NCBI GenBank assembly: GCA_964016885.1
Contig: OZ024740.1
Span: forward strand, 198,958,001 to 199,022,000
Reading direction: 5' to 3'
Length of the DNA stretch: 64,000 nucleotides
Source: Eledone cirrhosa
Taxonomy: Eukaryota
Shown here one piece after another: positions 1-14,950 of this stretch. A model generated the notes under the pieces. It saw only the letters and a program-made list of their open reading frames with translations, did no database searches and was not told the origin of the DNA. The position numbers and the translations under genes are program-made. Numbering within the stretch: position 1 is the stretch's first letter; each line of letters opens with the position of its first letter.

Positions 1-396
1 TTCATAGAAAGGTGTCCAGACGCCGGAAGAAATCAGGCCGCCCTACCCCTGACGGGGCATAGACGGCCACTAGCCTGAAAGCATGCCCGTGTCCGCTGGT
101 CACGTCCAGCACCACCAACTTACCTTCTGGGTCCAGCAAGATGGCCCGTATGGTGAGATCCAAACCTCTCCGAAAAAGCACAGCAACTCCTCCCCTGATC
201 CCGGACGGCTGGGAGATGCGTACACACTGTAGCCGCCGAAGATCGGCGGTGCGAAGACCCGTGCTTCGGAAATTCTGGTCTCGATGATGGCAACAACAAC
301 AATGTTTAGTGACCTGAGGTCGTTGAACAGGTGGCCCTGCTTCCATGACGACCCCAAGCCACGCGCATTTATGCTGCCTATTCTGAGTGAGGTCAT
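1..396 (-). pseudogene. Tx1 ORF2 N-terminal apurinic-like endonuclease, frameshifted
   Basis: ORF 100..396 (LRIGSINARGL...IIETR) continues in the frame of ORF 2..430 (GGVAVLFRR...GKLVVLDV...LVAVYAPS). Confidence 0.85.
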
Positions 397-430
397 GTTG
401 AAATGGAGTGGAAAAGATGGGAAAGTCCAC

Positions 431-2132
431 TTATCTTACTTCTTGTAGAGGAAGGATGGTTTCTCTATCCCTTTTCACTTGATCGTCTGGTGATGGGACC
501 GTTGAATCGTCCCTTCGGCTGGTCGTCGGCTCTTCTTTAGGTATATCCGAATATACTCTCCGGTTGAGTGTCCCTTCTAGGTCTCTGAAATCACCAACTG
601 CGTTGGGGAATTTCCTTTTAATGTTTGTGTATTGTTTATGTGATATTCTTACCAGTCTTATGTTCGTTGGTGTTTTGATTGCTGCTGGTATTATGTAGTC
701 GTACTGTGAAATGTCTGTGTGTTCAATTATGTAAGTCAATAGTTTCTTGTTGTGTGTATTTATTGCTGTGCATTTGTTTTTCTGGGTGTGGTTCTGCTAT
801 TTTCCTGTCATTGTTGCTGGGTATGTGTATTCTGTTGTTGTATTTGCGATGTTGGTGCTTGTTGTGGTGGTGTTGAACGTGTTGTTTTTTGCTGTGGGGT
901 TGCCACCGGTGGTGATGGTGGTGCTAGTGCTAGTGTGGGTGGTGATGGTATTGGTGGTGTTGCTGCTGTAAGTCTATTTGCACTAGCCTTTACGCTTTTT
1001 TCATTTCTTTCCTCCCTTTTCGAAGGCGACGATGCGATGCTTCTGCGTTTGTGCCTTCTTGCGACCTTTTGCCATCCTTCTCCCACCTCACATTCCATGT
1101 CCGATTCTGGGAGGTCGGGGAGGTGTACCAGCTCCATTCTTTCACTTGTTGTTGGTGTGTTTGCAGTGGAGTCTGTGTTGCAGCTGCAGTTGGTATTACT
1201 GTTGTTGTTGTTAATACTTCCACTGCTGCTGCTGTTCTTGATTTCCGTGGTGTAGTTATGGGTGCCACGGACCTAGCCTTCCTGCTTGCAGCCTGTCCTG
1301 TTGCTGCTAGCAGTGGAGCCGGTTTCGGAAGGAGGGGGGTTTTCTTCTTTCTCAGGGTCTTCTCATTGCAGAAGGCCCTGAGGTGAGTCTTCGATCCACA
1401 GCGAAAGCATTTCGGGCGTTTGCCCTCAACACTTATGAGCAGTTGAGTGCTGTTATGGAATTCTATCACATCAGGGGATAGCTTCGATGCACTCCTGGTT
1501 GGTTTGGATTAAGATTTCAATGGAGGCGCCGACCCAATCTTCTCGTACTTTTTTCTGTACTTGCAGTACAGTTGTTTTGTCCTCGATTCCGAAGAGGGCA
1601 GACGCGGCCAAGAAGGAGCCATCCCGGGGGGGGGGTGGTGAGTTTCACCCTCACAATCTTTTGCCCGCAGTAGGGGGGCACCAACACTATTTCCTCGCTC
1701 CTCAGGGTCGCTAAGGATTGAACCTTTGCCTCCTGGGGTGAGACAAAAGCACGTCCACGGTGGCATATTTCTTGCCTTGGGTGATATGTGTTTTTCGCGG
1801 CCACACAGACCCTAAGGCTTTTTGTATTTGACCCTCTGTGGCTTTTTCAACCCTACGGGATTTTGTGCTTATTGTACGGTACGTGACCGTACAGTGCTGT
1901 TGGGTTTCGAAAAATGTTTCGGCTGCCTTGCAGATTACTCGGTGTCCGGTTTTCGTCATCATCTACTTTGCTTCCTGTAATTCCTCATTTGTTATAAGGA
2001 TGGTTTCCAGGTTCTTTGCGATACCTGCAAACGGAATTGGTTTTTCTTTCTTGTTGTTGTTGTTGTCGTCAGTGCTGCTGTTACTTTTCTTGTTGCTGTG
2101 GTTGTTGTTGTTGTTGCTGCTGCTGCTGTTGT

Positions 2133-2163
<31 letters not shown>

Positions 2164-2538
2164 TATGCTGCTGCAGATGTTGTTGCGGCTGCTACTAGTG
2201 TTTTCCTCCTCACTGTTGTTGCTGCTGCTGTTATTACGGCTGCTACTGCTATTCTTCATGACGTCAGACGAATGCAATGGCCTTCCGTATTTACCGCACA
2301 CATTTTTCGGCGTTGTCGTCGTCGTTGAGAAATGTTCCACGGTATGCACGTGCTCTTGGTGAAAGCTATCAGAAACAATATTTTACTTTTTCTGTAATGC
2401 CGTCGCTTGCGAAAGAGCCGACACCACATTTAGAGAAGTGAGGGAGAGAGACAATCTTCTTTCTGATGTAGTGACGATTGAGGAAGAAGAAGACGGAATG
2501 AGTGGGAGTGATTTGTGAAAATTATTTTTTGTAGCCAT
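431..2538 (-). pseudogene. Tx1 ORF1 (gag-like, zinc knuckle), disrupted by frameshifts and stops
   Basis: CFRCGSKTHLRAFC (C-x2-C-x4-H-x4-C) at 1409-1368. Putative start ATG GCT at 2538. N/S low-complexity N-terminal part. Split across several ORF-track frames. Confidence 0.75.
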
Positions 2539-2753
2539 GTTTTTTTCTTGGTTTAAAATGAATATTGGGCACAAAACCCCAATAAGCGGTTATTTAACCC
2601 CGAAGGGCCAAATAACGGGCAGAAAGAACCCTCTCACGAGGAGGAGGATGTTTTTATCTACAATTTGGTTAATGCTTTAAAGATTTATAATTGTTATAGC
2701 TGTTAAACATTACTATACCTTACAGAGCCGAGCCACCATCAACCATGGCATTC

Positions 2754-2805
<52 letters not shown>

Positions 2806-2990
2806 GTTTCCAGGGATGGTTAAAGAAAATCGGCCCCTTCACGCTTTTTGGAACGCTTCAAAAGGCATGCTTGCTTGGAACAGCAAGAACCCTCCGATAC
2901 GTCCTGAATATCTGAGGCTGCAGGTAGTGGCTTGATATTCATTCCAACGGACTTTCCAGTTAACCAACATCAATGACTGAGATTCAAGGA
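2806..2990 (+). mobile_element. R4/Dong-clade LINE, 5'-truncated 3' end (family A)
   Basis: Near-identical to 3921-4103 and 5715-5899 (LQKACLLGTARTLRYVLNI* plus 3' UTR); flanked by (AAT)n. Confidence 0.85.
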
Positions 2991-3024
2991 ATAACAACAA
3001 TAATAATAATAATAATAATAATAA

Positions 3025-4102
3025 AAAGAAATGGATAGGAAGACTAGGAAGCCATTGACTATCTACAACATGTTCCACAAGAGGAGTGATGTCGATAGAC
3101 TCTACTTAAGGAGATCTGAAGATGGAAGAGGTCTTATCAGCATAGAGAACTGTGTTCAGATGGGGAAAAACAACCTACACAAATACGTGACTGAAAGTAA
3201 GGAGCCAATGCTCAGAATTGTACTGAAGGAGAGGACAATAGACCAGGGGATGTCCAAGGAAGAAATAACAACAAGGAGGAAGAGCAGCCTTCATGAAAAA
3301 TCCCTTCATAGTACCTTCTTTGAGAAAACTGAATTCAGAGATCCAGAGACATGGAACTGGTTGAAAAGCGGAGACCTTAAAAAGGCTACAGAAGGAATGC
3401 TAATGGCTGCGCAAGAGCAGGCCCTCAAAACGAAGTGGTTGAAACACCATATTTACAAGGAGGAGCCTAGCCTACTGTGCAGGATCTGTAGCTCACATTG
3501 TAACCGAGTGTAAGCACCTAGCCCAGACTCACTATAAGGGCTGGAGACATGATGTGATGGGCAGGGTGAGCCACTGACACCTATGCAAAGTAAACAATTT
3601 ACCACATTCTGAGAAGTGGTATGAGCATAAGCCAGAGGCGGTGATGGAGAACGATCAGGTGAAGGTGCTGTGGGATTTTAGGATACAGACGGACAAGAAA
3701 CTGGAACACAATAGACCTGACTTGGTGGTTGTGGACAAAGAAAAAAGATCGTGTCTGATTGTGGATGTGGCCTGCCCATTCGACACGAGAGTGCAAGAGA
3801 AGGAGTGGGAGAAAATTAACCGATACCAGGACTTAAAGTGGGAGGTAAAAAGGATTTGGAACTGCTATGAAGTCAAAGTGATCCCGATTGTCATAGGCGC
3901 ACTGGGGACTATCTCCAAAAGTTTCCAGGGATGGTTAAAGAAAATCGGCCCCTTCACGCTTTTTGGAACGCTTCAAAAGGCATGCTTGCTGGGAACAGCA
4001 AGAACCCTCCAATACGTCCTGAATATCTGAGGCTGCAGGTAGTGGCTTGATATTCATTCCAACGGACTTCCAGTTAACTAACATCAAAGACTGAGATTAA
4101 AG

Positions 4103-4103
<1 letters not shown>
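3025..4103 (+). mobile_element. R4/Dong-clade LINE 3' fragment with restriction-like endonuclease (family A)
   Basis: DRLYLRRSEDGRGLISIE, AAQEQAL, CRIC and WDFRIQTDKKLEHNRPDLVVVD...IVDVACPFD...KINRYQDL (PD-(D/E)xK RLE); ends in (AAT)n. Confidence 0.9.
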
Positions 4104-4177
<74 letters not shown>

Positions 4178-4178
<1 letters not shown>

Positions 4179-5496
4179 CTACAGTTACAATGTCATCAAC
4201 TGGTCAAGAGACCCGTAGACTCGATACAAAAATTAGAAAATTCTTAACCATGCACAGAATGCATCACCCTAAGGCAGACACAGATAGAATATATCTCCCT
4301 AGGAAAGAAGGAGGACGTGGGTTAATCCAGTTAGACATTGCGTTGAAAACTGCAACAATTGGATTATCTAGATATCTAAGGGAATCACAAGAATGGATGA
4401 TCAAACTCATTTTGAAACACGAAAGCAACAAAAGATCATACTCCATTACAAAAGATGCACAAAGATACAGTAATGGACTACACATTCCAGAATTCCCATT
4501 TACTGCTGAAATGGAAAACACAGAAAAAGCAAAGCAGGTAAAAGTAACTGCAAAGAAAGAACTGCTACAGAAACTGGCTAAGAAATGGCAAGAAAAGCCT
4601 CTGTATGGAAAATACCCAGAACGAGCTAACAATCCTGATGTTGACAAAACTTTAACCCATCAGTGGTTGGCATCCTCTGGACTGAAATCGGAGACTGAAG
4701 GACTGATTATATCAGCACAAGATCAGTGTCTGCAAACAAAAGATTACCAAGCCAACATAATAAAAAATCGATGCAGCCCATTATGCCGTGTATGCAAAAA
4801 ACAACCAGAGACCATTGACCATATAATTTCAATGTGCATGTCCTATAGCTCCAACCGAATACCTAAACAGGCATGACAGAGCTGCACAATACATACATTG
4901 GATAATGTGTAAGCATTTTGACCTGCCCCATCAAAAGATTTGGTGGGAGCATCAACCACCTCCCATACTTGAAAAAGATCACATCTCAATCTTGTGGAAC
5001 TTTAGCATCCAAACAGACCGAAAAATAGATGCAAATAGACCTGATATAATATTGAAGGACTTTAAAAAGAGTGTATGCCTGCTAATTGATATATCTGTTC
5101 CAATAGACAAGAATGTATCTATAAAAATATTTCAAAAATTGAGCAAGTATAAGGACCTGGAGATTGAAATTGGAAAAAATGTGGAAATTGAGTACTAAAA
5201 CAATACCAGTGGTTGTAGGCGCTCTGGGAATGATACCTAAGGAGTCTAATGATTACTTATCGCAAATCCCAGGAAACCCGCGTATAGGAGAAATACAAAA
5301 GATAGTACTAATGGGAACTGCCCATATACTAAGGAAGATTCTGTCAATATAAGTACATCACGAGTCTAAACACTAACGATGCATGTGTGAGTATGTATGT
5401 TCTTTCTTGAACATGGCGGACCTTGTTGACTCTTGAGGTCACTGGTTGTGACTTGGTGATAACTCGTATGAACATAGAGCAAGATAAATGCAACTG
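4178..5496 (+). mobile_element. R4/Dong-clade LINE 3' fragment (family B)
   Basis: DRIYLPRKEGGRGL, CRVCKKQPETIDHIISMC (CCHC), WNFSIQTDRKIDANRPDII...LIDISVP...KYKDL; frameshifted; different 3' UTR from family A; (AAT)n on both sides. Confidence 0.9.
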
Positions 5497-5587
5497 TAAT
5501 AATAATAATAATAAGAAGAAGAATAATAATAAGAAGAATAAGAATAATAATAATAATAATAATAATATTAATAATAATAATAATAAT

Positions 5588-5899
5588 CAAGAGAAGGAGA
5601 GGGAGAAAATTAACCGATACCAGGACCTAAAGTGGGAGGTGAAAAGGATTTGGAACTGCCATGAAGTCAAAGTGATCCCGATTGTCATAGGCGCACTGGG
5701 GACTATCTCCAAAGGTTTCCAGGGATGGTTAAAGAAAATCGGCCCCTTCACGCTTTTTGGAACGCTTCAAAAGGCATGCTTGCTTGGAACGGCAAGAACC
5801 CTCCGATACGTCCTGAATATCTGAGGCTGCAGGTAGTGGCTTGATATTCAATCCAACGGACTTTCCAGTTAACCAACATCAATGACTGAGATTCAAGGA
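5588..5899 (+). mobile_element. R4/Dong-clade LINE, 5'-truncated 3' end (family A)
   Basis: QEKEREKINRYQDLKWEVKRIWNC...LQKACLLGTARTLRYVLNI*, nearly identical to 3794-4103; (AAT)n flanks. Confidence 0.9.
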
Positions 5900-5910
5900 A
5901 TAACAATAAC

Positions 5911-5954
<44 letters not shown>

Positions 5955-6219
5955 GAAGAAGAAGAAGAAGAAATCATCAATTAGTAGGCTTACGTCTTAT
6001 GCAATCCACATAGTCGATGTTACATACCAGGTTTCTCAGCTTTCTATTTTTCTAAAGTTGACTCTCCTTTTACTGACAGATGATCTTATGAATTATGAAT
6101 TCTGCATCTTCTCACTTACCTTTCAACATATATTAATTAAGAGCTAAATGGCAGGCGCCTTTTAACACCTTTCCGATTTGATATCATCCTAGACGGGCGT
6201 TCCACTCTACTGCTGCTCG

Positions 6220-6530
6220 TCTCAAGTGAAGGCACGTGCATTAGAGTTTAATGTATTTGGCAGTGACTTCGAATTCCACCAGCGATTTGTATCCTACAGC
6301 CATTTCAAGTAGTCCAATTGCACTCAACAGGTAAAAATGAGTTACAGCGTTAATTCAATGGGACAGCCTTGTCGTACAGTATGTCACAGTGAATCTCCCT
6401 GAGAACTATCTTAACAGTGCACACGTTTGTGGAATAGTTAGCCCCCCGCATGTTAAATTCACGAACAGGCTAGCTGTTCCATTGTTCAAACTAAACATTC
6501 ATCGTGTTAACCGACGAAGATCCAATACAA
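6220..6530 (+). mobile_element. Degenerate SINE with a conserved central domain (Nin/Deu-like); related copies at about 30065-30295, 56760-57055 and 59760-59960
   Basis: Shared blocks such as tgaatctccctgagaacta..., ctgttccattgttc and cattcatcgt.taaccgacg between the copies. Domain name assigned from memory. Confidence 0.45.
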
Positions 6531-8102
6531 TACGCAGCTCAGACAAAACAAATTGCTCCCTAACTAATGAAAATATGTCATATGATCTACAGATAAGAAA
6601 GTGAAAAAAACATTTCATCTGACAATAATAATGTTGATAACGCCAGTACGTTGTTGCCTGAAAACAATTATTGTGATATCAAACGCCATCATAATAACTG
6701 ATAATTGAAGGAACAATATTAAACTACTGTCAAATAAACTGCGGTAGTTGTATGTTATCGGAATTATCTTTCTGTTCGAGGTTGACGTAATTTCCAGTAT
6801 ACGTTGATGTAAATACTGACTAAAATCTTTCTGAATGTTAAAAGCCATTAACTGGAGTTTTAAATTAAACAAAGAAGTATTTTAATCCCATGTATCTGAT
6901 ATCTCTAAATGAGATACCGTATACACAGCCAGGTATTTTCACATAATTAGTTACATTTGAACAGCGTAGTGAATATTCGTTTCCCCTTTGAAATTAAAAA
7001 CATGTTGAATACGACGCCAGTGTGAAACCAATTTTAATATGTCACCTTCACATATATAGTATTAGGGTAAATTAATGTAACATCGAATAATATATACATT
7101 TTTGTAGATTACCTAAATTGAAAGGCCTCCAGTCAAATGTAAAGTTTAAAATATTTACAATACATTTTCTAAAAACTAGAATAAAGGAAAAGATGTTTAA
7201 TGTTTTATCCAAACACAATCTTTAAGTCACTTTGTTATCCTCAAATTATATCCCTGATGAATAAATGATATACCAGGATTTGAAATTATATCATTTGCGC
7301 AATATGAGTTAATGGGATCCGTGTGTTTGTAGTATACAATTTCCGTCTATGAAATTTCACTCACAAGCAGTGATCAACCCAAGGTAGCACCCTTAAAACC
7401 TGATCCAAAACCTATGTGGTTGCGAGCCAAACTCCTTGACTGCACGGGCAAGTCAGCGCATATTCTGCTTATGATAAATAAAACGAAGACACTAGAACGA
7501 AATGATAATTATATAAAGAAAACCAGGTGAGGGTTTGGCTGGGGTGCTAGAAGGTTGAATAGATAGCTTTGCTGTACTCATTCTGGGGTCAACTTTGCAT
7601 TTCATCATTCCGGGATTACTTATGTTGTTGGTCAATCCTTACTCACTCCTTCTTCATTTGTCCTTCTCTTTCTCTCTCATTCCCTCTAGCCCACACATCA
7701 GGTGGGATCAACTATATATGCATATTCTACAGAATTTCCGTTTGTGGCGTTATTGGTCAACTCAAGGCTATGATAGAAATATGACTCAAGAACATAGAAG
7801 TAAGTGGTTGACCAGCGAATGTTTTAACCACTCTTCATGCATGTGCCTAATTCTTTTTTTTATTCAACAGTGTTTCATGAAGATATATTTTAACTTTTCC
7901 CAATACATCATTAAGGAATAGTTGGCATATCTAACAGCGAGCGTCAACGAAATGTTTCTATCGTGATGGAGAAGAAATGTCTTAAGGGAATATTCGAAGA
8001 TAAAATTAGTGATGTATATTTACTCCGTCTTTTGTTCAATAGATATAGCCCATGCATGAATAAGTGTAGGATTTATTTGTCCCCTACACACAGATATATA
8101 CT

Positions 8103-9510
<1,408 letters not shown>

Positions 9511-9514
9511 ATAT

Positions 9515-9629
<115 letters not shown>

Positions 9630-9679
9630 TATATATATATATATATATATATATAGCTTTGATAACTTTGATAGGTTTT

Positions 9680-10725
9680 GGCCAGTATTTGCCCAGGCCA
9701 TGTATAACTTAATAGCACCACCTGGTGAAGTCTTTCAAATCTAGATTTGGTCACCATAGGCCAAGAAGGGTGTTATTGTTTGTGGTGACATATCCGAGTA
9801 TAGGAGGTTTATGCGGCGTTTCTTGAAGTAATTTGTCCAAAGACTTCTTGAACTTTATGGGGTCTGTTTCTGTTTTAATGTGCTTTGGTGTAAAGTTAAA
9901 GAGTGTGAGGCCAATTGAAGTAAAATAATTGTGCGTATTGTTGTTATGAGATGCGAGTTTCATATTTGTTGTGGGCAGGTATCACGGGGCCCAAGTCTTG
10001 GGTGTAGTTTAAAGATGATGCCAACATCATTTGTGCAAAGCTGATGAAATATTTTCCACATCATGCAGATAATGTAGCGCTCACGGTGGCGTAGCAGAGA
10101 ATAAAGTTTGAATTTCTCTAGTCGACCCTAACAGTCAGTGCCTGAGATTGAGGAGCTTCACATTTCATGATACTTTGTTTCGTGTGCGGAGACCAAAGTG
10201 GACAACAGTATTCATGGTGGGTCGGGCAAAAGAGGAGAAGATAAGGATAATATTGTGGATATCTCTCGACTGGAAGGTTCTGAGAATCCAGGAACACATT
10301 CTGCGATCCATGTCAACTTTGCTGTTTATATGAGTGGCCCAGCTTATGTTTTTCTCCACAATTACACCCAATCCTCTGATGTTGTTGGATGCCAAGATAG
10401 TTTGACCTGAAAAAAGGGAATAAGGGAGGTTCAGGGCGTACTCTTTTCCAAAGACGATTAACTCAAATTTATCCACGTTCAGCAACATATTGTTCTTCTC
10501 AACCCATTGGATAACAAACAGCCAGTAGATCGAGTTGGAGGTATATTCGGTCACACACGTCATTGATGACCTTCTGGATCTTGGAATCATTTGCGAATAT
10601 TCTCATGCTGCTGTGCTTGACGATGCCAGTAATGTCATTAAAATAGATAATGAAAAGAAGTGGGCTCAACACGCTGCATTGTGGGACTCCACTACTGACT
10701 TTGGCTGGGCTGGATTTTGCTGCCT
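9680..10725 (-). mobile_element. CR1-clade LINE 3' fragment, degenerate RT
   Basis: VSSGVPQCSVLSPLLFIIYFND...MRIFANDSKI (GVPQGS/FADD motifs), WVEKNNMLLNVDKF, LGVIV, FKKSLDKLL. Confidence 0.85.
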
Positions 10726-10924
10726 CGACTACAATATACATACCTATATATATAATAATAATAATTATTATTATATTTATATATAATAATATAAATAAGA
10801 TAAGGGAAATATTGTATATTATCCGATTACCAGTATTACAAGTAGGTCAATGTAAAATAATAAGTATAATACAGGGCAGAAATACAATATAAATAGCAAT
10901 CAAATAGCGTTTAAGACATTTAAT

Positions 10925-10970
10925 AGCTAACTATTGTTTCATCCCGCTATATTTCTGGATTCATCGGAGC
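10925..10970 (-). ncRNA. Type I hammerhead ribozyme, U4C variant, in a pLTR-like segment (about 10740-11190)
   Basis: Minus strand: gct CCGATGA atcc..ggat GAAAC aata GTT agc; stems I and II pair. Confidence 0.6.
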
Positions 10971-11097
10971 ATAAAAGGTTTAAATCCAAATCATTAGTAT
11001 ATTTAGTAGGATACATTATAAGTGTTAAAACCAATATAATAAAGAGCAAGAGCAAACGAATGTTGAACAGATTTTAAAATAGTAATGAAATATAATG

Positions 11098-11186
11098 AAA
11101 AATTGTATTAAAGTTATAATATAATTAGGAGCTATATGTTATATAGAAATAGCTCCTAATTATATTATAACTTTAATACAATTTCT
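11098..11186. repeat. Perfect hairpin with arms of about 37 bp
   Basis: aaattgtattaaagttataatataattaggagctat / atagctcctaattatattataactttaatacaattt. Confidence 0.9.
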
Positions 11187-11479
11187 ATATGTTATATAGA
11201 AATTGCTGCTTTCACCCTTAACGGGTTCTTCTGAGTTTAATATATATACATATATATATGGTTATTAATTATAGCCAACAAATTATAATAAGAATATTAT
11301 ATGAAAATAAATTAATTATAATAGAGTACATTCAATATAGTAAGAAAATGGTGTAGTGAAAGCATAGATGTAGGTATTAAAAATTATAAATATCAAAATA
11401 TATATTGATTTTAGGCAAAAATCTTCATAATATTTGTCGTAAGTTCATGCAATAGAATATTCATGCGATATATATATAT

Positions 11480-11547
11480 GTCTAGGGCGGGTAAATTTCC
11501 CGAGATCCATGGACGAGTTCTCTCCAGCAGTCTCTGTCCTCATTATC
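11480..11547 (-). mobile_element. RTE-clade LINE extreme 3' end with (TA)n tail
   Basis: Reverse complement of 35652-35718. Confidence 0.8.
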
Positions 11548-11904
11548 TCTCTCGTCTACGATTTCACAGAACTTATGTTTACCGAATTCGCAGACCAGAC
11601 CCCTTCTTCCTCCCGTTAGACCTGTGCGAAATTCCTTCCTTGCTCACATTCCAACCAGGTTTGATGGTCTTTATTTTCTCGTTCACGATTTCACCGAATT
11701 TAAATTCATAGAAATTTAGGACTTGTCTCCTTATTCCTCACTTTCTGTTGCTTCACCATTTTCTTTGTTTACCCTCGCGTCCCCTTTATTTACGTGTCCC
11801 AACGACTTTTTTTAGCCGTTGCTCGCACCAACCGGAGGTATATGGTCTTTAAAGCGATGAAATGCCTATGATGGTTGGAAGATCACTGCTGAAGGACAAA
11901 CTTT

Positions 11905-12066
<162 letters not shown>

Positions 12067-12099
12067 CAACTCGTCTGCTCCTTCTCCATGTCTTATAAT

Positions 12100-12293
12100 T
12101 ATATATATAGTAATAATAATACATTTGATGACTAAAATCTGAAGAAGGCTCGCTAAGGATAATATATATATATAAAACCATAGAGCAAATATTTATTAAA
12201 ATAACATATTAAAGTTTAAGAAGTTTAAGCGAGAAATTGCTGCTTTCACCCTTAACGGGTTCTTCTGAGTTTAATATATATACATATATATAT
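12100..12293 (-). mobile_element. pLTR-like repeat; same family at 11197-11260, 19490-19720, 37630-37740 and 47812-47881
   Basis: Shared gctgctttcacccttaacggg.tcttct and ttaataaatatt..ctcta.gg..atcctta.cgagcc blocks. Confidence 0.7.
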
Positions 12294-12924
12294 AGGGGGT
12301 GGGGTATGTGCGTGCGTGTCTATGAAAGAGTACTGCTAGAGCTGTGAAATATTGCATGCATTAATTTCATTTCTTCTTATCAATAAATGCATTGTCTCTT
12401 TCTAGGCACTATGTTGAAAAATAAACCTAATTCGGTTATTGAATGAATGTATCATGGTCACACTATGGACGTTTCAGCCAGCCTTCTCATATATTCCTTT
12501 TCTTCTTTTGGTGTATTTATTATTAGTAAGTACATTGAAACAGAGGTTGAAACGAATCCTTCTTGTAACACTGATTGTGTGTTATTTACCAGCTGGGAAG
12601 TGATAGTTGCAAGTGTCTCAATGGCTATAGGGACCAACATTTCCCGACATTTTATTGGAGCATTTAAAATAAACATTGCTAAATAATTTGTTGCAGAGTA
12701 CTTAACCCATATATGTACCCGTGACTTCTCTTGGGATCGTAAAAGTATCGTCTTGACATACTTCATATCTTAAGGAATTCAAACCCGAGGGAGCGCATCC
12801 TCTCTCCAAGCCTACACACAGTCGATTTCTCCAGAGGAAACGCTAGACAGAAAGAAAGGGTGAGAGAGAAAGAAAGAAAGAATGGGAGAAAGTGAGGAAA
12901 GACAAGCAAGAATGAGGTTTAGAG

Positions 12925-13230
12925 GAAGATCTGACCCCAGTACAAATCAAATTGATGGTTTCTGATTTAGACACAATCTCAACAGCTTCCGAGGAAAGAG
13001 AAAGTCGATTAACTCGATTCCAGTACAATACTGGTACTTTATTTTAATGACCCGATAAGGATGAAAGGCAAAGCTAACCTCAGCGTGATTTGAACTCAGA
13101 ACATAAAGAGCCATAGTCGGACGTTCTACCGATACTACCAACCCACCACCCTTATCAACATCAAAATAATGAAAGGCAAATTTTATTGGGGTGGGATTTA
13201 AACATAAAAACTGGAACAAATATTGCAAAG
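12925..13230 (-). mobile_element. tRNA-derived SINE copies (degenerate)
   Basis: tactggtactttattttaatgacccgataaggatgaaaggcaaagctaacctcagcgtgatttgaactcag matches the 26690 family. Confidence 0.75.
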
Positions 13231-14319
13231 ACTTACAGCAGGCATTCTAATAACATTGACAATTTGCAGCATATATCTATCTTACGCTGTATTTAAAATT
13301 AGAATTTAAAGCCATGTATTGGTGTATTACTTCACGGTTTTAAAACAAATTACAGGATTTCGGATTTAATGTTCCTTATGAGAGTTATTACATTAGATGA
13401 AATTTAAAACTATAGTTTAGAAAGTTTCATACGGCAATAGATTTTACTCAAATTGTCAATTTCAACTGAAATTTAAAGTTAGAATTTTGGGATGATTAAT
13501 GAGACTATAATTAGTAGTTAAAAGATAGAAATAAGAAATAATCGTTAAACTGTGCACACTAATTGTAAATATACGAATTATTGTAGCATTGGAAGCGGAA
13601 TGGGTGGTTAATGAAAGGAAGTTATAGAACAACAAAATATAATTAAAATAATTACCACTGTGTATTATGAGTTGTTCAGGGTCAAATATATGATTTATGT
13701 TATAAAATTTCGAAAAAGTGTAAATGTCTTATTTGAAATAACTTAATATGAATTAATATGAATTAAAAGTGACAAAGGTGCCATGTGGTTACTAATAAAT
13801 ATTGTTTAGAAAACGTAAGAGAAACAAAAACATAAGGACAGTTCCCGCTCTTCGGCTGTCTGTTGTTGGTCGCTGATGTTTCGACACATTAAAGACAGTA
13901 CATCTTACCAAAGTACGTTAATAACTACGAGGAATAGTTATTAGGGAGTATATTAATTTATTGCTGTGACCTTCGTTCTATTCCCTCTATATCGCTTGTT
14001 GTTGTTAATTCAGGTTTTGGACTACCATTTTGAATTAAATCTTTCCCTTCCACGTTTCTCCCCCTTTCATTATCTCCCTTTCTATCTCTCTCTCCCACTC
14101 GCATATTCCCTCTCTCACTAACTTATTCGCTTTCTCTCCTACCCTCTATCTCCTTTCTTCCCCTCTCTCACTTCTCCCTTACCACTTCCCCCTCCCTCTC
14201 TCACTTCCGTTTTTATTGGTCTCCCTCTCCTTGCGCCTGTTCTCGCTAAGATCAGGCGTTTTTGTCTTCGCTCTCTCTGCCAAAACTGAGACACTCATTT
14301 CTTCAAGGATATCTCTGCA

Positions 14320-14950
14320 GTGCACTCTACGTGTGAGTGGAGTTCCACTGAAGCAGTTGGAGAAATTAATGTATGTAAGTGTCGCTTTCACGAATGATGG
14401 AAGGCAGGAGGCTAAATTAGGGATGAAAGAATTGCATGAGCTGGGGTAGTAATGCGCCAAATTCAGCATTCGCTCATCAGAAGGGAGGTAGATGTAAATG
14501 CCAAACTCACTATCATCAATTCAGTATTCGTGTCAATAATTACATTTGGTCATGAATATTGGGTAATGACCAAAAGAATACGATTGCAAATACAAGCGTC
14601 CAAAATAGGGTTCAAGGGAAGGGTCTTGGAATAACATTATTTTATAAAGTACGTAGTTTGGAGAACCACAATTTCCCCGAATTGGAAGATCACAGCTTCG
14701 ATATTACGAGCACGGCATGAGATTAGAATGTCCCAGGAAAGAATCGCTGGACGGATGTTTCAGGCAAAACCAGCCAGCCAGCAGGAAACACAGAGGTAGA
14801 CCCGGAGCAAGATGGTTGCACAAGATCCACGAGCTTGGGGATCCAGTCCGTTTAATTGGAGACGGTTGCCTCTGACAGGACCAGCTGGAAATCATTCTTG
14901 TAGACGTTGCGCCCATGACCCTCAAGGGAATAAGTGGACGAAGAATAAAA
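14320..14950 (+). mobile_element. RTE-clade LINE 3' fragment, degenerate
   Basis: LKQLEKLMYVSVAFTNDGRQE, SVFVSIITFGHEYWVMTKRIRLQIQASKIGF and a RGRP motif. Confidence 0.7.

Larger units (their letters stand above)
1..2753 (-). mobile_element. Tx1/L1-clade non-LTR retrotransposon, 5' portion (5' UTR, ORF1, start of ORF2); continues beyond the window's left edge
   Basis: ORF1 has a CCHC knuckle. ORF2 starts MTSLRIGSINARGL (APE N-terminus) with GGVAVLF and FRLVAVYAPS motifs. The 5' UTR (about 2540-2753) is the reverse complement of 47915-48128, and the 5' end abuts an (AAT)n tract. Confidence 0.9.

Noticed and set aside
752-2362. Plus-strand hydrophobic ORFs resembling membrane proteins
   Set aside because: Antisense readings of low-complexity Tx1 ORF1.
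12458-12766. 102-aa minus-strand ORF as a host exon (similarly 6615-6872 and 33684-34113)
   Set aside because: No recognisable domain and no consistent splice or frame structure; cannot be supported without RNA or homology data.
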